A stretch of 64,000 bases of DNA, taken from NCBI RefSeq assembly GCF_004010195.1, contig NC_057719.1:38476473-38540472 (forward strand), read 5' to 3'. Below, piece after piece: positions 51,768 to 64,000 of this stretch (positions are counted from its first letter, which is position 1; each line of letters begins with the position of its first letter). The notes beneath the pieces are model-generated. The model did not search any database, was not told where the DNA came from, and was given only the letters and a program-made list of their open reading frames with translations. A program made the translations under genes and the position numbers. This DNA is from Chiloscyllium plagiosum. Lineage: Eukaryota.

Positions 51768-52037
51768 GGGGTGGCACAGTGGCTCAGTAGTTAGCACTGC
51801 TGCCTCACTGTCGCAGGGACCCAGAGTCAATTCCATCCTTGGGCAACTGCTTGTGTGCAGTTTGACGGCATGGGTTTCCCTCTGGGTGCTCCGGTTTCCT
51901 TCCACAGTCAAAGACGAGTAGGTTAGGTGGATTAGCCTTGGGAAATGCACCTAGGGATGGGGTGGGCGTGGTGGTGGTGATGGTGGTCCAGACTCAATGG
52001 GCAAAATAGCCTGCTTCCACACTGCACAGATTCTATG
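51768..52037 (+). mobile_element. HE1-type SINE, inserted in a minus-strand Deu-type SINE (~51520-52130)
   Basis: gtggcacagtggctcagtagttagcactgctgcctcac head. Confidence 0.8.
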
Positions 52038-52474
52038 AAAAAGATAACTTTTAAAAGTAAATCACTCCCTCATTACTGGACTTAAATTGCAGCCTAGGTT
52101 ACGTGCTCAAATCTCTGGAATAGAGGTTGAATAAATAACTTTTCAAAGAAAGAATGTTTTTCACATGCCAAAATCAACACATTTAGTTGTATCACTATAC
52201 TGATCATGTGGTGAATCAACAAGTCTCAGGTCTATTGACCTGGAGATTTAAATTCAAAAACAATGTCACTCATTTATTATGCAGTTTACTGCCAAGTGTG
52301 ATAAAAATACTGAATTGTATCAGATTGTATGCATTTTATATTTATTTGACAGTAATAGCCCTGTGAATTATTGCACAAATGTGTATTAACTGGTTGAATA
52401 ATCTAGCCAATTTTTAAAATCTAACCATACAGTTAGTTCTAGTTTAAATCATAAACTTGTGTCAAATTATGCAG

Positions 52475-52660
52475 GACATGCACAACTCAACAGATTAACG
52501 AGTGAACAGCTGAGCCAGGCAAATTAGAAAAATCCAGGTTTGATCCCTGTCCTGCGGTCATAAGCTGATGAATACCTGTGCTTTTAGGGAGCTCTGCAAT
52601 TGTCTTCAGGACCTTTGAGCTAAGGAGAGGAAATCAGCGAGATTTCTGCACTTAGGACCC
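52475..52660 (+). mobile_element. Ancient LF-SINE-like fragment; another near 40630-40900
   Basis: caggtttgatccctg B-box-like motif and ggagaggaaatcagc segment; recognised from memory only. Confidence 0.35.
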
Positions 52661-53290
52661 CTCAGTCCAGCCTGTCCATGTCAACCAGATATCCTAAACT
52701 AATCTAGTTCCATTTGCCAGCATTTGGTCCAAATGCCTCTAAACTGCTTCTATTCATATACCCATCTAGAAGCCTTTCAAATGTCATGTGTACCCACCTC
52801 CAGAACTTCCTCTGGCAAGTTGTTCCATACACGCACCACCCTTTGTGTGAAAATATTACTAATCAGGTCATTTGTAAACCTTCCCTTTAAACTATTTTCC
52901 TTTCCTTTCTCACCTTAAACTATGCCCTCTAGTTTGGGACTCCTGTACCCAGGGGAAAGATCTTGGCTACTTACCCAATTCATACCCCTCATCATTTTAT
53001 AAACCTCGATAAAATCACCCCTTAGCTTCTGATGCTCCAGGGAAAAAGGCCTCTGCCAATTCAACCTCTCCCTATAAATCACACCTTCTAATCCTGTCAA
53101 CATCCTTTTAAACTTCCCTGCACCCTCTCAAGTTTAATATCTTTCCTAAAAAGGGCGATCAGAATTGTACATAGTATTTGAAAAGTGGCCTCTTTAGTTC
53201 CCTGTACAGATGCAACATGAGATCACAACTCCCATACTCAATGCACTGATTAGTGAAGGTAAGGATGCCAAATGCCTTCTTCAGAGCCCT
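52660..53290 (-). mobile_element. CR1/HER1-type 3' fragment
   Basis: ORF 52915..53103: GLEGVIYRERLN..FSLEHQKLRGDFIEVYKMMRG. Confidence 0.85.
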
Positions 53291-53391
53291 GTCTTGTAAT
53301 CACTACTCAAAATATTTTGAGTATTTCAAGGGAGGATAGAATCATGCCCCACCTTGTGCAAATAAGTCCAACATTAATTAAGATCACTTTA

Positions 53392-53486
53392 TGATCCTGA
53401 AGAAGGGCTTATGCCCGAAACGTCGATTCTCCTGTTCCCTGGATGCTGCCTGACCTGCTGCGCTTTTCCAGCAACACATTTCCAGC
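53392..53486 (+). mobile_element. Penelope-derived short element with intact hammerhead core and 14-bp TSD
   Basis: GAUC-CUGAAGA-A-GGGC(UUAU)GCCC-GAAAC-GUC/GAUU; TSD tta(a/t)gatcacttta at 53378-53391 and 53487-53500. Confidence 0.8.
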
Positions 53487-54043
53487 TTATGATCACTTTA
53501 GGTAGGAATGATTGTGAAACTCAATCTTGTATCATTAAAAGATCAGTTTCATTCAAGAGAAAGTTAATTTTATCCATAGTTAAAAGGAAAAAGGAAAACA
53601 AAATATTCCTTACAATACCAGCAGCCCACCAGTTTAAACCATTTAGTATAAAGCCTAAGTGAACAACTTGCACAGTTCTTTTATTATTATTATTATTCAG
53701 GGATTTTACTGAGCCAGCATTTACTGCTCATCCATAATTACACTTGAGAAAGTGATGGTGAGCTGTCGCCGTGAAATTATCAGTCCATTTAACATGGTGA
53801 CCCCATTGTGCTCTTAGGGAATTCCAATATTTTACACTTGGACACAGTTAAAATAAAATGTTGTTTGTTTTTATTGTAGAGCATACAATACATATTTTAG
53901 ATGGGAAACAAAGCAAGGGCTTTAGGTTGTTTTTCTGGTTAGTAAATATAATGATCCACCTGTGACAATAGTGAATTTCGTTTACTATATGCACTTGAAC
54001 AAAACAAAAGCAGAATTTAAAGTAAGAACTTGAATTGCTCTAC

Positions 54044-54123
54044 CTGCTGGTGGTAAATGTGAAGCCTACAAATGGTAGATGCAGTCCAGAAAAAGCAGTG
54101 TGAGTAGCTGGTGGCACCAACTC
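54044..54123 (-). CDS. CDC42BPB: Exon ~9, AGC hydrophobic motif: ELVPPATHTAFSGLHLPFVGFTFTTS(S)
   Basis: Manual translation; 80 bp; TAG/GTAGAG; LPFVGFTF motif. Confidence 0.95.
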
Positions 54124-55691
54124 CTAGGATAATGAAAAGCACAAAAATAGAGATTTTTATTCAATAAATTGTAATAAAGTTGTTTGAACACTGGTTATAA
54201 AAAAGTGCAATTAAAATGCAAGAAAGAAGAAACATATTATCCATCTTAAAATCATTAAAGCAGTAAGAGTATTTCTTCAGAACTGGGATACTAACTCTGC
54301 GGTGAATTTAGGCACAGATTTGTACTGTTACCCCAGCTGCAACAAAACCAACATTGGCTAGATCCATTTATGTATACTCATTCTCAAATATTTGAATCCC
54401 CTCATCTAATTCAAAACTAGTGCTAATCTGGGTTTGCTCGCTGAACCAACAAATTACATCTAAATTCTGAATAGATTCTTTCCCAAGACAATTTGAAAAT
54501 CCTGTCAGTTACATGCTTCTCTGGCAGAAGAGCAAAAACAGGAACTTGGCCCAATAACATTGGCAGGGTTGAAAGAAAGGCTGAGTTTTTAATTAGTGAA
54601 AATATGAAACAATTGCTGGTCCATCTCCTTTGGAAATGTCAAGAACATTTAATTGGGTTGGAGTGGTTGAGGTGGAAAACAGCAAAGTGGATCTCCATTT
54701 TACCTTATTACTAGTGACTATAATATTTATCTTCAATCCAGTATTTCAGTTCAATTACTTCTGACTGTGCTTGGAAGTGCTTCTATTCCTCATTCCAAGA
54801 TCACTCACTTATAAATTTAAAATTGAGATCTTCCATGGCAAAACATTTCAATGCTGTCTCATGATCCAGACATTTACATTTGAAGTAGTAGTATTTTCTT
54901 TCCACAAATGCTGTACAAACTGACAAAGATGTATGTGTACAGTTTAATGAAATGCTGCATATTTTATTTTATTTTTAAGCTGCATCGTATAAATCTATCA
55001 AAACACTGGAAAATGTACTTTAAAAACAAAAGTGGCCTTTCAAACAACCTTCATGTTGAAATCCCTACTAAAAAATTAATGTTTACTGCTGTGCAAATAG
55101 GCTTTGCCTCAAAATTGTTCTTCTGACCAATTAGAAGAACAAACAGAAATTATTTCAGGTAAATACACAGATTATATACAATACTTATACCAAGATATTT
55201 AATTCTCACAGTAATCATTATAAACCTTCGAGTTTCCACTCATTCAAATGCTGTTCATTAGATCATGTTTTACATAACTGGAAATGTATTAAGTGTTCTA
55301 CAGCCAAACATGAATTTTTGAGAAAAGCCAATTGAATAACCAGATGTCTAGCAATAAAAATATTTTAAACTTCCAGATTGTCACAGGTTTTAATATTAGG
55401 GCTACCTGACAACAAAACTAACCTACGCATTTTGACAAGGCTTGGCCAGACCATGAAACGAAACATCTAGCTGTGGTTATAGCTAAGTTCTACGACTTCC
55501 CAGGCTCCTCTTACTATTTGAATTTTAGAAGTAAAACAAAATTTGAAAAGGAAGAGAAAGAAATATTGTCACAAAAATGGGAGTACAGTAAAGAACCAAA
55601 TTTAGGTTCCATCTGTAGACAAATGGTACTACTTCTGGGCTGTTACACCTCTGAACCTATTTTAGCAATCGAGCAAAACTGAAGTACTAAC

Positions 55692-55940
55692 TGGATTTTT
55701 GAGAACATCATCATCTACATCAAAGTTTGAAGTGTCCGTTGGACTGCTGACTTCAGGAATATAAGGTGCTTCAATATTTCTAATGTTGTCCCAATCAATC
55801 CCTTTGAAAAATGAATGTTTTTTGAAATCTTCCATTCCATTTTTTCCAATGCGATGTTCTCTACTACAGATTAATTGCTGTATCAAATCCTTGGCTTCGT
55901 CAGACACATCAGTGATATGAGAGGGAAACTGGAACCTTTC
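55692..55940 (-). CDS. CDC42BPB: Exon ~8, end of kinase and AGC tail: [28 protein letters not shown]...[25 protein letters not shown]
   Basis: ORF 55662..55907; 249 bp; CAG/GTTAGT. Confidence 0.97.
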
Positions 55941-56356
55941 CTGTCAAACAAGATGCAGACTACATGTTATTGACAATAGCACCCAAGCAAAAACAGCGTA
56001 ATAAGTGTCCTTTGCACATATAAGATGCGAGTTAGTTAGTTCTACCTTCATAGACAGATCACCTAAAAAAATGGAATTAACTTAGAAGCAAAGTTTAACA
56101 TTTTCCTTGAAGTATTGGCCTGTTGTTTTTTTTTAAATCAGAAAAACTAGCCATGTACAATCAGAATTGAGCACAAGATCCAATGAGCAATTCCTAATGG
56201 CATGCTAAACGTTTCATAAATCAATTTAAATTAAAACACATTGTAACCATTTGAGCAGCTTATCATAATCTTCTGCAATATCCAATGGCATAAATTGCAG
56301 AACCATTCTTCTTCTACAGTGAATACTGTGGTTCTGTGCAAATAGTTTAATAATTA

Positions 56357-56602
<246 letters not shown>

Positions 56603-56824
56603 CTAAATAACAGAGACAGGAAATCATCAAAAACTGCATAATTGGTGCATGCTTTACTTTACCCAACAAAATACAGATAACAAAACATTATTGGTTTAAA
56701 GATGCACATTCAGGCATCAGACAACTGACATATGAATAAGTCGGAGATGCCGGTGTTGGACTGGGGTGTACAAAGTTAAAAATCACAACACCAGGTTATA
56801 GTCCAACAGGTTTAATTGGAAGCA

Positions 56825-56859
56825 CACTAGCTTTCGGAGCGACGCTCCTTCATCAGGTG
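56825..56859 (-). ncRNA. Minimal type-I hammerhead motif, sense to the host pre-mRNA
   Basis: Exact reverse complement of 57116-57150. Confidence 0.85.
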
Positions 56860-57115
56860 ATTGTGGAGGGCTCCATCGTAACACAGAATTTATAGCAAAC
56901 ATTTGCAGTGTGATGTAACTGAAATTATACATTGAAGAATTGATTGTCTGTTAAGCCTTTCATCTGTTAGAATACACATGAAAGAAGTGAAACTATCACT
57001 GTATTCTATCAGATGAAAGGCTTAACAGACATCAATTCTTCAATGTATAATTTCAGTTACATCACACTGCAAATTTTTGCTATAAATTCTGTGTTACGAT
57101 CGAGCCCTCCACAAT

Positions 57116-57150
57116 CACCTGATGAAGGAGCGTCGCTCCGAAAGCTAGTG
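57116..57150 (+). ncRNA. Minimal type-I hammerhead ribozyme motif
   Basis: CAC-CUGAUGA-A-GGAGC(GUC)GCUCC-GAAAG-CUA/GUG; stem I CAC:GUG; palindromic AGCU stem III. Confidence 0.85.
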
Positions 57151-58116
57151 TGCTTCCAATTAAACCTGTTGGACTATAACCTGGTGTTGTGTGATTTTTA
57201 ACCTGATATATGAAGTCTTCCCAAACATTATTAAATGAAATGCACTGGCTTTTAGCTGTTACTGCAGAATTTTCTTTTTAAGATCCATCTAGAGATGTAA
57301 GTATTGCAAATCACTGATTACCCTCAAGATGTTGTAAACCCACATTCTTGAACATCTTTGGTCCCTAAGTTTCACCTCCATATTCCACTGTTCGTGGATG
57401 TCCCAAGTTTTGGAATGACAACATAGTTCCAAATCAGGATAGTGAATGGCTTAGGTGGTAGCGTTTCTAAATTCCTATTGCCTTGGCTGTTCTAGGTGGT
57501 CGAAGTCACTGGTGAAGGAGGCTTAACAAGATGTTGCATTGCTCTTTTCGATTGAATCCACTGATGCAACAGTACACTGGAGCTGGACAGAATCAATGTT
57601 TAAAGTGGTGGGATTTTGCACAATTACCGTAAAGTATCATTGCATAACTAACAGAAGATCCAATAATGGAATGTCTCATTCTTTCACCCCATTCAAACCT
57701 CACCTTATCAAAATCTCACTTTCTACCCCCAGCAATTTGTTTTTATTTAAAATCCGAACCATCTTATCTTTTGGAGTTACTGGTTTTTAATCAGAATAGA
57801 AAAAAAAACTTGCTTAACACTGCTGTTTGGCAGGCATTAGTCTCAGGAAGTCATGTTTATAACTAGACAGAAGAAATCGTTAAATTTCAAGATGATTTCA
57901 ACCGGACACTGAAAGGAATAAACACATTTAGTTAAGATTATCAAAAATGTGACATTAATAAAGAATGGATATTACCAAACCTTTGCAGTCATTTTCCTTG
58001 GGAATAGTAAAGTATTGTCTGCACTCTACAGCAGGCAATGTAATATATTGCATGCTCTGTTACATAAACTATTTCCTGAATGTTTCAAGGATCTACAGTA
58101 GACACTGCTCCAGTTA

Positions 58117-58281
<165 letters not shown>

Positions 58282-58983
58282 TTACCAAAAGGGGGAGAAA
58301 AGGGAAATCCCCACACTTATTCAGAAAACTGCTCCCTATTTATATACAAAAAATATTTCACTGATATTTAAAAAAAGATAGTTAATTCTGCAGCCAAAGA
58401 AAATTAGTGAACAAGGAAAGAATGCACTCCATAAATAATATTTACATAGGTGACAAAGGAGTACAGTCATAACAGTCACACAAGTTTAATGTATTACTTT
58501 TCTTTTTTAAATGGGGTCCTGAAGCTGATCTCTTTTCCACACAATAATAGTCTTATGGTCACACTGTTCTTAAGAGGTCAACAATACTCTATCAGGGAAG
58601 GGTGAATTAAAGAAAGGAGTTTTCTTTGTTTTCAGATACATTTTCTCTGTGTAGACTTTATCCTGCATTATTGGATGACAATGCATCCTTGGTTGCAATG
58701 GATAAACATTAGACCCAAATGTTTTCACATATCTCTGGGTTAAGACAATCAATTATAGTTTCAGAACTTGCTTTATTTTCCAGATTTACTTATTGAATTT
58801 AAATTACAACATCTGCTGTGGTAGTATTGTAATCCATGCCTCAGAGACGCAAGACCTCCAAATTATTAGTCCAGCGACATGAACATCAACACAACTGATG
58901 CTAAAACAATGGATTCCATCACCCATGTCAATTTCAAGTTACATGTGCAATTCTTCTCAAAGCTGCTTATTCTTCTTTGTATA

Positions 58984-59201
58984 CAGGCAGTTCTTCGATA
59001 ATGCAATGGTTGCATTCTTGTAAAACCCCGCATTATAGAAAAATCGCGCTTTAGAAACAACGCCTAAAGTATTAACAATGTAATCATGTTACAGGCAACA
59101 CACATTTTAAACTTTTGTGCTTTAAACCAGTGTTCCCAATTCATCAGTCATGTTACATTGAATTTGCGTTAATGAAGCAAGAGTTATAGCAGAACAACCT
59201 G
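58984..59201. mobile_element. Tc1/mariner-type MITE
   Basis: Imperfect TIRs caggcagttcttcgataa / ttatagcagaacaacctg, with TA flanks. Confidence 0.75.
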
Positions 59202-62200
59202 TATTTTTAAAATATACCTGATTATTGCATGCAACTTTTAAACAGAAAATGTTTTCACATTGGAAAATGCCATTCAAAACATTTAAGCATATTGGCAAAT
59301 AGCCCTGCCATCGTGTTGTAGTACTTCAAAAGTCTATCTAGTTCCACATCCAAAGGTAACCATACCTCTGGTTGGGCAGCGTGTTATCTATTTAACATTT
59401 TGTTTATTGGTTTATGAAAAGTTAGCATTTGTTCACCTCCAACTGTCCTTGTTTTTTTGAACAGCTGCAATTTATGTACAATTGGTCAATGGCGACAATG
59501 TCCAGTGCAATCAAGGCAACACAGAAGTTTGGATAATTCAACATTGTAAGATATAGGACAAAAAGCTGCTGATGCAGTGCCACTCCTTACATGATCTGAG
59601 CCCTTAATGGAGTACTTAAACCAGTTTTTAAGTGAACAGAATGCAGATGTCAAATATTGGTTTGTAATTTTAACAATTTAATTCAACATTGCCCTTTTCA
59701 ATATCCTGTCTACAATTCCATTATTTGAAATCCCTTGTCTATTTTATTTCCTTGTAACTCATGAAAAAGAAGTTATAATAATATGGATTTTTATGATTTT
59801 CATTTCCAAATGAGTGGCTTAAAGGTTGCTACAAGTCATTTAGCTGTAGATCTGCTAGCTCTAGATGGATGGCAGAGAAACATGCCTAGACATGTAAAGA
59901 CTCTTTAAAATACCAGGAATCTGCAAAAAGGCTATTTGGAACAAGTTCTAGGCTCACAGAGAAACAGCAGAAGGAGCAAAAATTTTGAAGGGACTCAGCA
60001 TAATTGTCTGCTTTCTGCAATCCTTGATTCTTCAAAATTAGCATATAATCATTTTTAACTTTTGAATTGTAAGAAGAAATCTGGCCATGAATTCAGTGGG
60101 TAGAACTCCAAAAAGGCAGCTTACAGAACCACCCTCTTTGAGGAGTTTTAATCATGGGAAGACAAAGAAAGAAAAGGTATACAGCAACCAAATATTGTTC
60201 TGTCAAAGGAAGGTTATGCAGCAAGTGCCAAAACCATAGAGAGAGAGCCAGAAAGAGCAGGAAGATTGGTGGAAATGAAAGGCAGGTGGGTGAGAAGGGA
60301 GAGATCTAGGGCATTAGGTGGGCGAAGGCTGTAGGGCATCAAGTAAGTTGATTTGTGTTTAGGGCAGGTTGGGGCCAGTGGGCATTTGTTTATAATGTTA
60401 GGTCTGTCAGCATCAATTCAGGGTATCAGGTCCAGGTAGGCGAGGGATCATTTGGGGTAGGGGATGGTGAATAGTTCCAGACATAACACCAGGTTTTAAT
60501 CCTATAACTTTTTTTGGATAGCTGTTAAGCTCAAGTGAGTTGAAACCCTGCAAAATCTCAAACTAACTCAGAGCTGGGACATTTTTGGAAGATACAGATG
60601 TTGGGAAATTGTCCAAAGGAAATATCAATTTTCCAGACTATTCCAATGGTGCAGCTGCATATCTGCAATTTATACTGCTAGAATGACTATTCCCCTTTCA
60701 GAATTTTTAAGCTCTCATTTTAACCACTAAATCAGTAAGAAACTTTGTTATGACCAAGCTGATTTCCAACAGCATCTTCTGAATATTCAACTGTACATTA
60801 TTCATCAGATGAAATCTTTTCTGAACCAGATATTTTAATATTGATTAGAAAGTTCACATTGACCAGATCTTGTGAATCTTGATAGAGAAGATTACTTTAA
60901 TCAGACGTTTTCTTATAGTCACTAGGCTACCAGCAAGTGTACAAGTAGATCACTAATCATTCACACTCCCAAAGCTGAAATATCTTTGCCACAACTAAAA
61001 CCATTTGTCAGAACTATGATATTTCTCTCAATAATGTAAATCCACTTCATTTGAAGTAGACAAGGAAACCAAAAATGTTAACAGATCTAAACATTAAAAA
61101 GCAATGGTTGTTGGTGGCACAATAGGTGCTTCTTCAAAAAGAGCAATTTAATTTCTTTAAAACAACATAATTAGACAGATGGAGTCCGTAAATCATGATT
61201 CCCTGAAGGTTTGACAAAACTTATAACTTCAAATGGTGTAATTCTGTGTACCATTACTACAAGGGTTATAGTGTTGTTGCAATTGAAATTAAGCTGTTAT
61301 TTGGAGATCAAATATAAGCAAGATCAGTCAGTTCTTGACACAAAGTTAAATTTGATTTTAAATCTCTGCAATTCAATATGCAAGTCTGTAGCAAACTGGC
61401 TAGACAAGGTCAGAATTATAAAACCTGTTAATATATGCATTGTAGGAAGTTGACTACTACATAGACATGTGTTCTTCACATCTGCTACCTTGATGTGAGG
61501 CTTTTGAGTAAAAAGGATTGGATTGTTTCTGACTGCCTGAAATCCAAATAAAGCTCCCACAACAACAAATAAAATTACATGATGGCAATTTAAATGTACT
61601 AAAAGTAACTTTTAAAAGCCACTTGCTTAAATTGTAACAAAACAAAATGAGAATCCTTTTTCTCAATTAAAAAAAAAATCACTAAAACATTTGGCAACTT
61701 ATAATACCCATTAGCGCAGTCTTCAATTGAATGTTTGTTTATAAAATTCATTCTTTACTCTTTTTGGCTTCTCTTCTATAGCCACACATTTTGCTATTTC
61801 TGTATGGTCTGTTTAGTTTTAGATTTATATTTGTCTTGCAAAGCACTGCCTATGTATGTTTAGACAGAGTCTAGTAACATGATATTTAAAACACTCATTT
61901 CAAAATTCTTTAGACACGGATTTAAATTCTACCAGAAGCCCAGCACATAACTACCATATCAAGGAGGTTGTTTTGGTTAATTCTGCAATCATATTCATTC
62001 TTCCTGTTCTTTTATCCACTCAAACCTATTACATTTTAATTTTTCACAATTCTGATAAAAGGCCACACACCAGAAATGTTAACCTGTTTTTTCTCACCAC
62101 AGATGCTGTCAGACCTGCTGTGCATTTCCAACATTTTCTGCTTTCATGTAGACATGTAGATATTCAACTATACAATCAAAGTTCATTCTGATTGTTTCAT

Positions 62201-63683
62201 GAGCCCCACATTAACTTCATTAAGAGGAAAATAGCTTGAACAACAGTCTATGGTTTGAAAATATTTCACTGGCAATAAAGCGCTTGAGGTGACCAGTGGA
62301 CATGACAGGTGCTATATAAATACAAAACTGTCCTTTACAGGTGCCACTTGGTCTACTGGCTATATGAATTAAGAGCATGAATAGGCTATTCAGTCCCTCT
62401 AGTCTGCTCTGCTATTCAATAAGATAGTACCTGATCTAAGCATGATCTCAAATCCATATTGCCATCTATCCCTGACAGCCTTAGATTCTTAAATCTCAAG
62501 GGGAGTCTTTCTACTTCTGCATTAAAAGTATTAGATAACTCTATCTTTAATACTCACTCAGGAAGACTGTACCAAAGACTTGCAATCCTCTGAAAAGAAA
62601 CATTTCTCCTTATCTGCAATCTTAAATAGAAGGCCACCTTTTCTTTTCCAAAATATTGTGTCACCTGGTTCTAGTCTCTCCCAGAAGGATCCTTTCAGCA
62701 TCCACCTAGTCAAGTTATTGCAGGATCCAGTATCTCCAGTGGTTTCCTAAAATCACATGAAGTGAACTAAATTGATTGAAGACTGGCATTTGTGATGCGG
62801 TGGATTTCAGGTGGTGGTCGAGGTCGATCATCCACTCAGCAACCGTGGCTGAAGATGGTTGTAAATGAAGATGGTTGCAAATGCTTTGGTCTTGTTTTTT
62901 TAAAGTGATGTGCTCACTTTCCCCCTCCTCCCCTACTAATCAAAATGTGTATACTTGTGAAGCCTCCACTCCCTGTTAGTTGTCTAATGATGACAACTAT
63001 TCAATGGATATGGCAGGGTGACAGAGCTTAGATCTGATCCAGTGATCATGGGATCATTTCATTCTGATGCTTTCATGCTACTACTGCTATTTGGCATGCA
63101 TGGAGTCCTGTATTGTATCTTCACCAGGTCGACACTTCATTTTAAGTATGCCTGATGCTACTCCTGGCATGGCCACTTGCACTCTTCGTTGAATCAGGGT
63201 TGACCTCCTGGTTTGGTGGAAATGTGAAATGGAGGATTTGCCAGGGAGACTGCAGACTGCGCTTGACTATAGTTTTACTGCTTCTGATGCCAAAGTGCTT
63301 CGGTGCTCAGTTTTGAGTTGCTAGAGCTGTTCAAAGCCTATCACATTTCGTACAGTTAGAGTGCTACACATCATGATGGAGGGTATCCTCAGTGGGAAGA
63401 TAGGACTTAGTCCTACTAGGCCTAAGCAGCGGTTACTCAAACTGATATTGTCATGGACAGATGCATCTGCAAAAATTAAGCCAATTAGTCTTGTGGGTTC
63501 CCTCACTCCGATTCTGTACACTTGCCACCCTCAGTGTTTTATCCAACATAGGGTACATACCAAGCTCAAACAAACACAGAACATTGACTTACTCAATACT
63601 TGAGAATGATCAGCAAGCAAAGTTCATCAGTGTGGCAGAGTGATGCACTCTCCTCAAAGACTACTGAAAGCACCTATGGTGCA

Positions 63684-63840
63684 AAGTCAAGATTAGAGTG
63701 GTGCTGGAAAAGCACAGGTCAGGCAGCATCCAAAACGTCGATTTTCCTGCTCCTCGAATGCTGCCTGACCTGCTGTGCTTTTCCATCTCGACTCTAAGCT
63801 CGACTCTAATCTCCAGCATCTACAGTGCCCACTTCTGATC
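63684..63840. mobile_element. Palindromic Penelope-derived short element, core deleted
   Basis: Inverted family tails; atggtgca at 63676-63683 and 63842-63849. Confidence 0.72.
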
Positions 63841-64000
63841 AATGGTGCATTTCCTAAAGAGCAATTCTAGTCTATAGTATAGAATTAATAAAATTATGTG
63901 ATAATGTAGGGCTCACTTCCAGAGGTGCTCTGAACTAATTTCTCACATCCAGTGAAATCTGGATTGAGACTAAACATTTTGCTCTCCAAGGACTCGGCAG

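Larger units (their letters stand above)
56743..57202. mobile_element. Palindromic non-autonomous Penelope-derived element with ~200-bp inverted arms
   Basis: 56775-56976 is the near-perfect reverse complement of 57000-57202; flanking ctga(c/t)atatgaa at 56725-56736 and 57203-57214. Confidence 0.88.

Overview
Eukaryotic, AT-rich, intron-dominated DNA. The repeat content (HE1-type and Deu-type SINEs, CR1/HER1 and L2 LINE pieces, Penelope-like elements) points to a shark or other cartilaginous fish. The whole window lies inside one minus-strand gene, CDC42BPB (MRCK-beta kinase). I traced 21 canonical GT-AG exons, equivalent to human exons ~6-26 (numbering recalled, not looked up), which splice into one open frame: kinase C-lobe, AGC tail, coiled coils, linker, C1 domain, start of PH. 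There is also a 51-nt in-frame cassette exon. The most striking non-genic signal is a set of minimal type-I hammerhead ribozyme motifs (CUGANGA-x-stemII-GAAA-short stem III-NUH) carried by Penelope-like retroelements and their short, often palindromic, TSD-flanked derivatives. At least four sequence variants show compensatory stem changes. Other leads: a candidate alternative last exon or recursive splice site giving a truncated kinase ending in -SKI, a 67-bp templated insertion, a 1.6-kb strand-skew flip ending at a + strand AATAAA, and triple-nested transposons. Two assembly gaps are present. Repeat boundaries are by eye and approximate.
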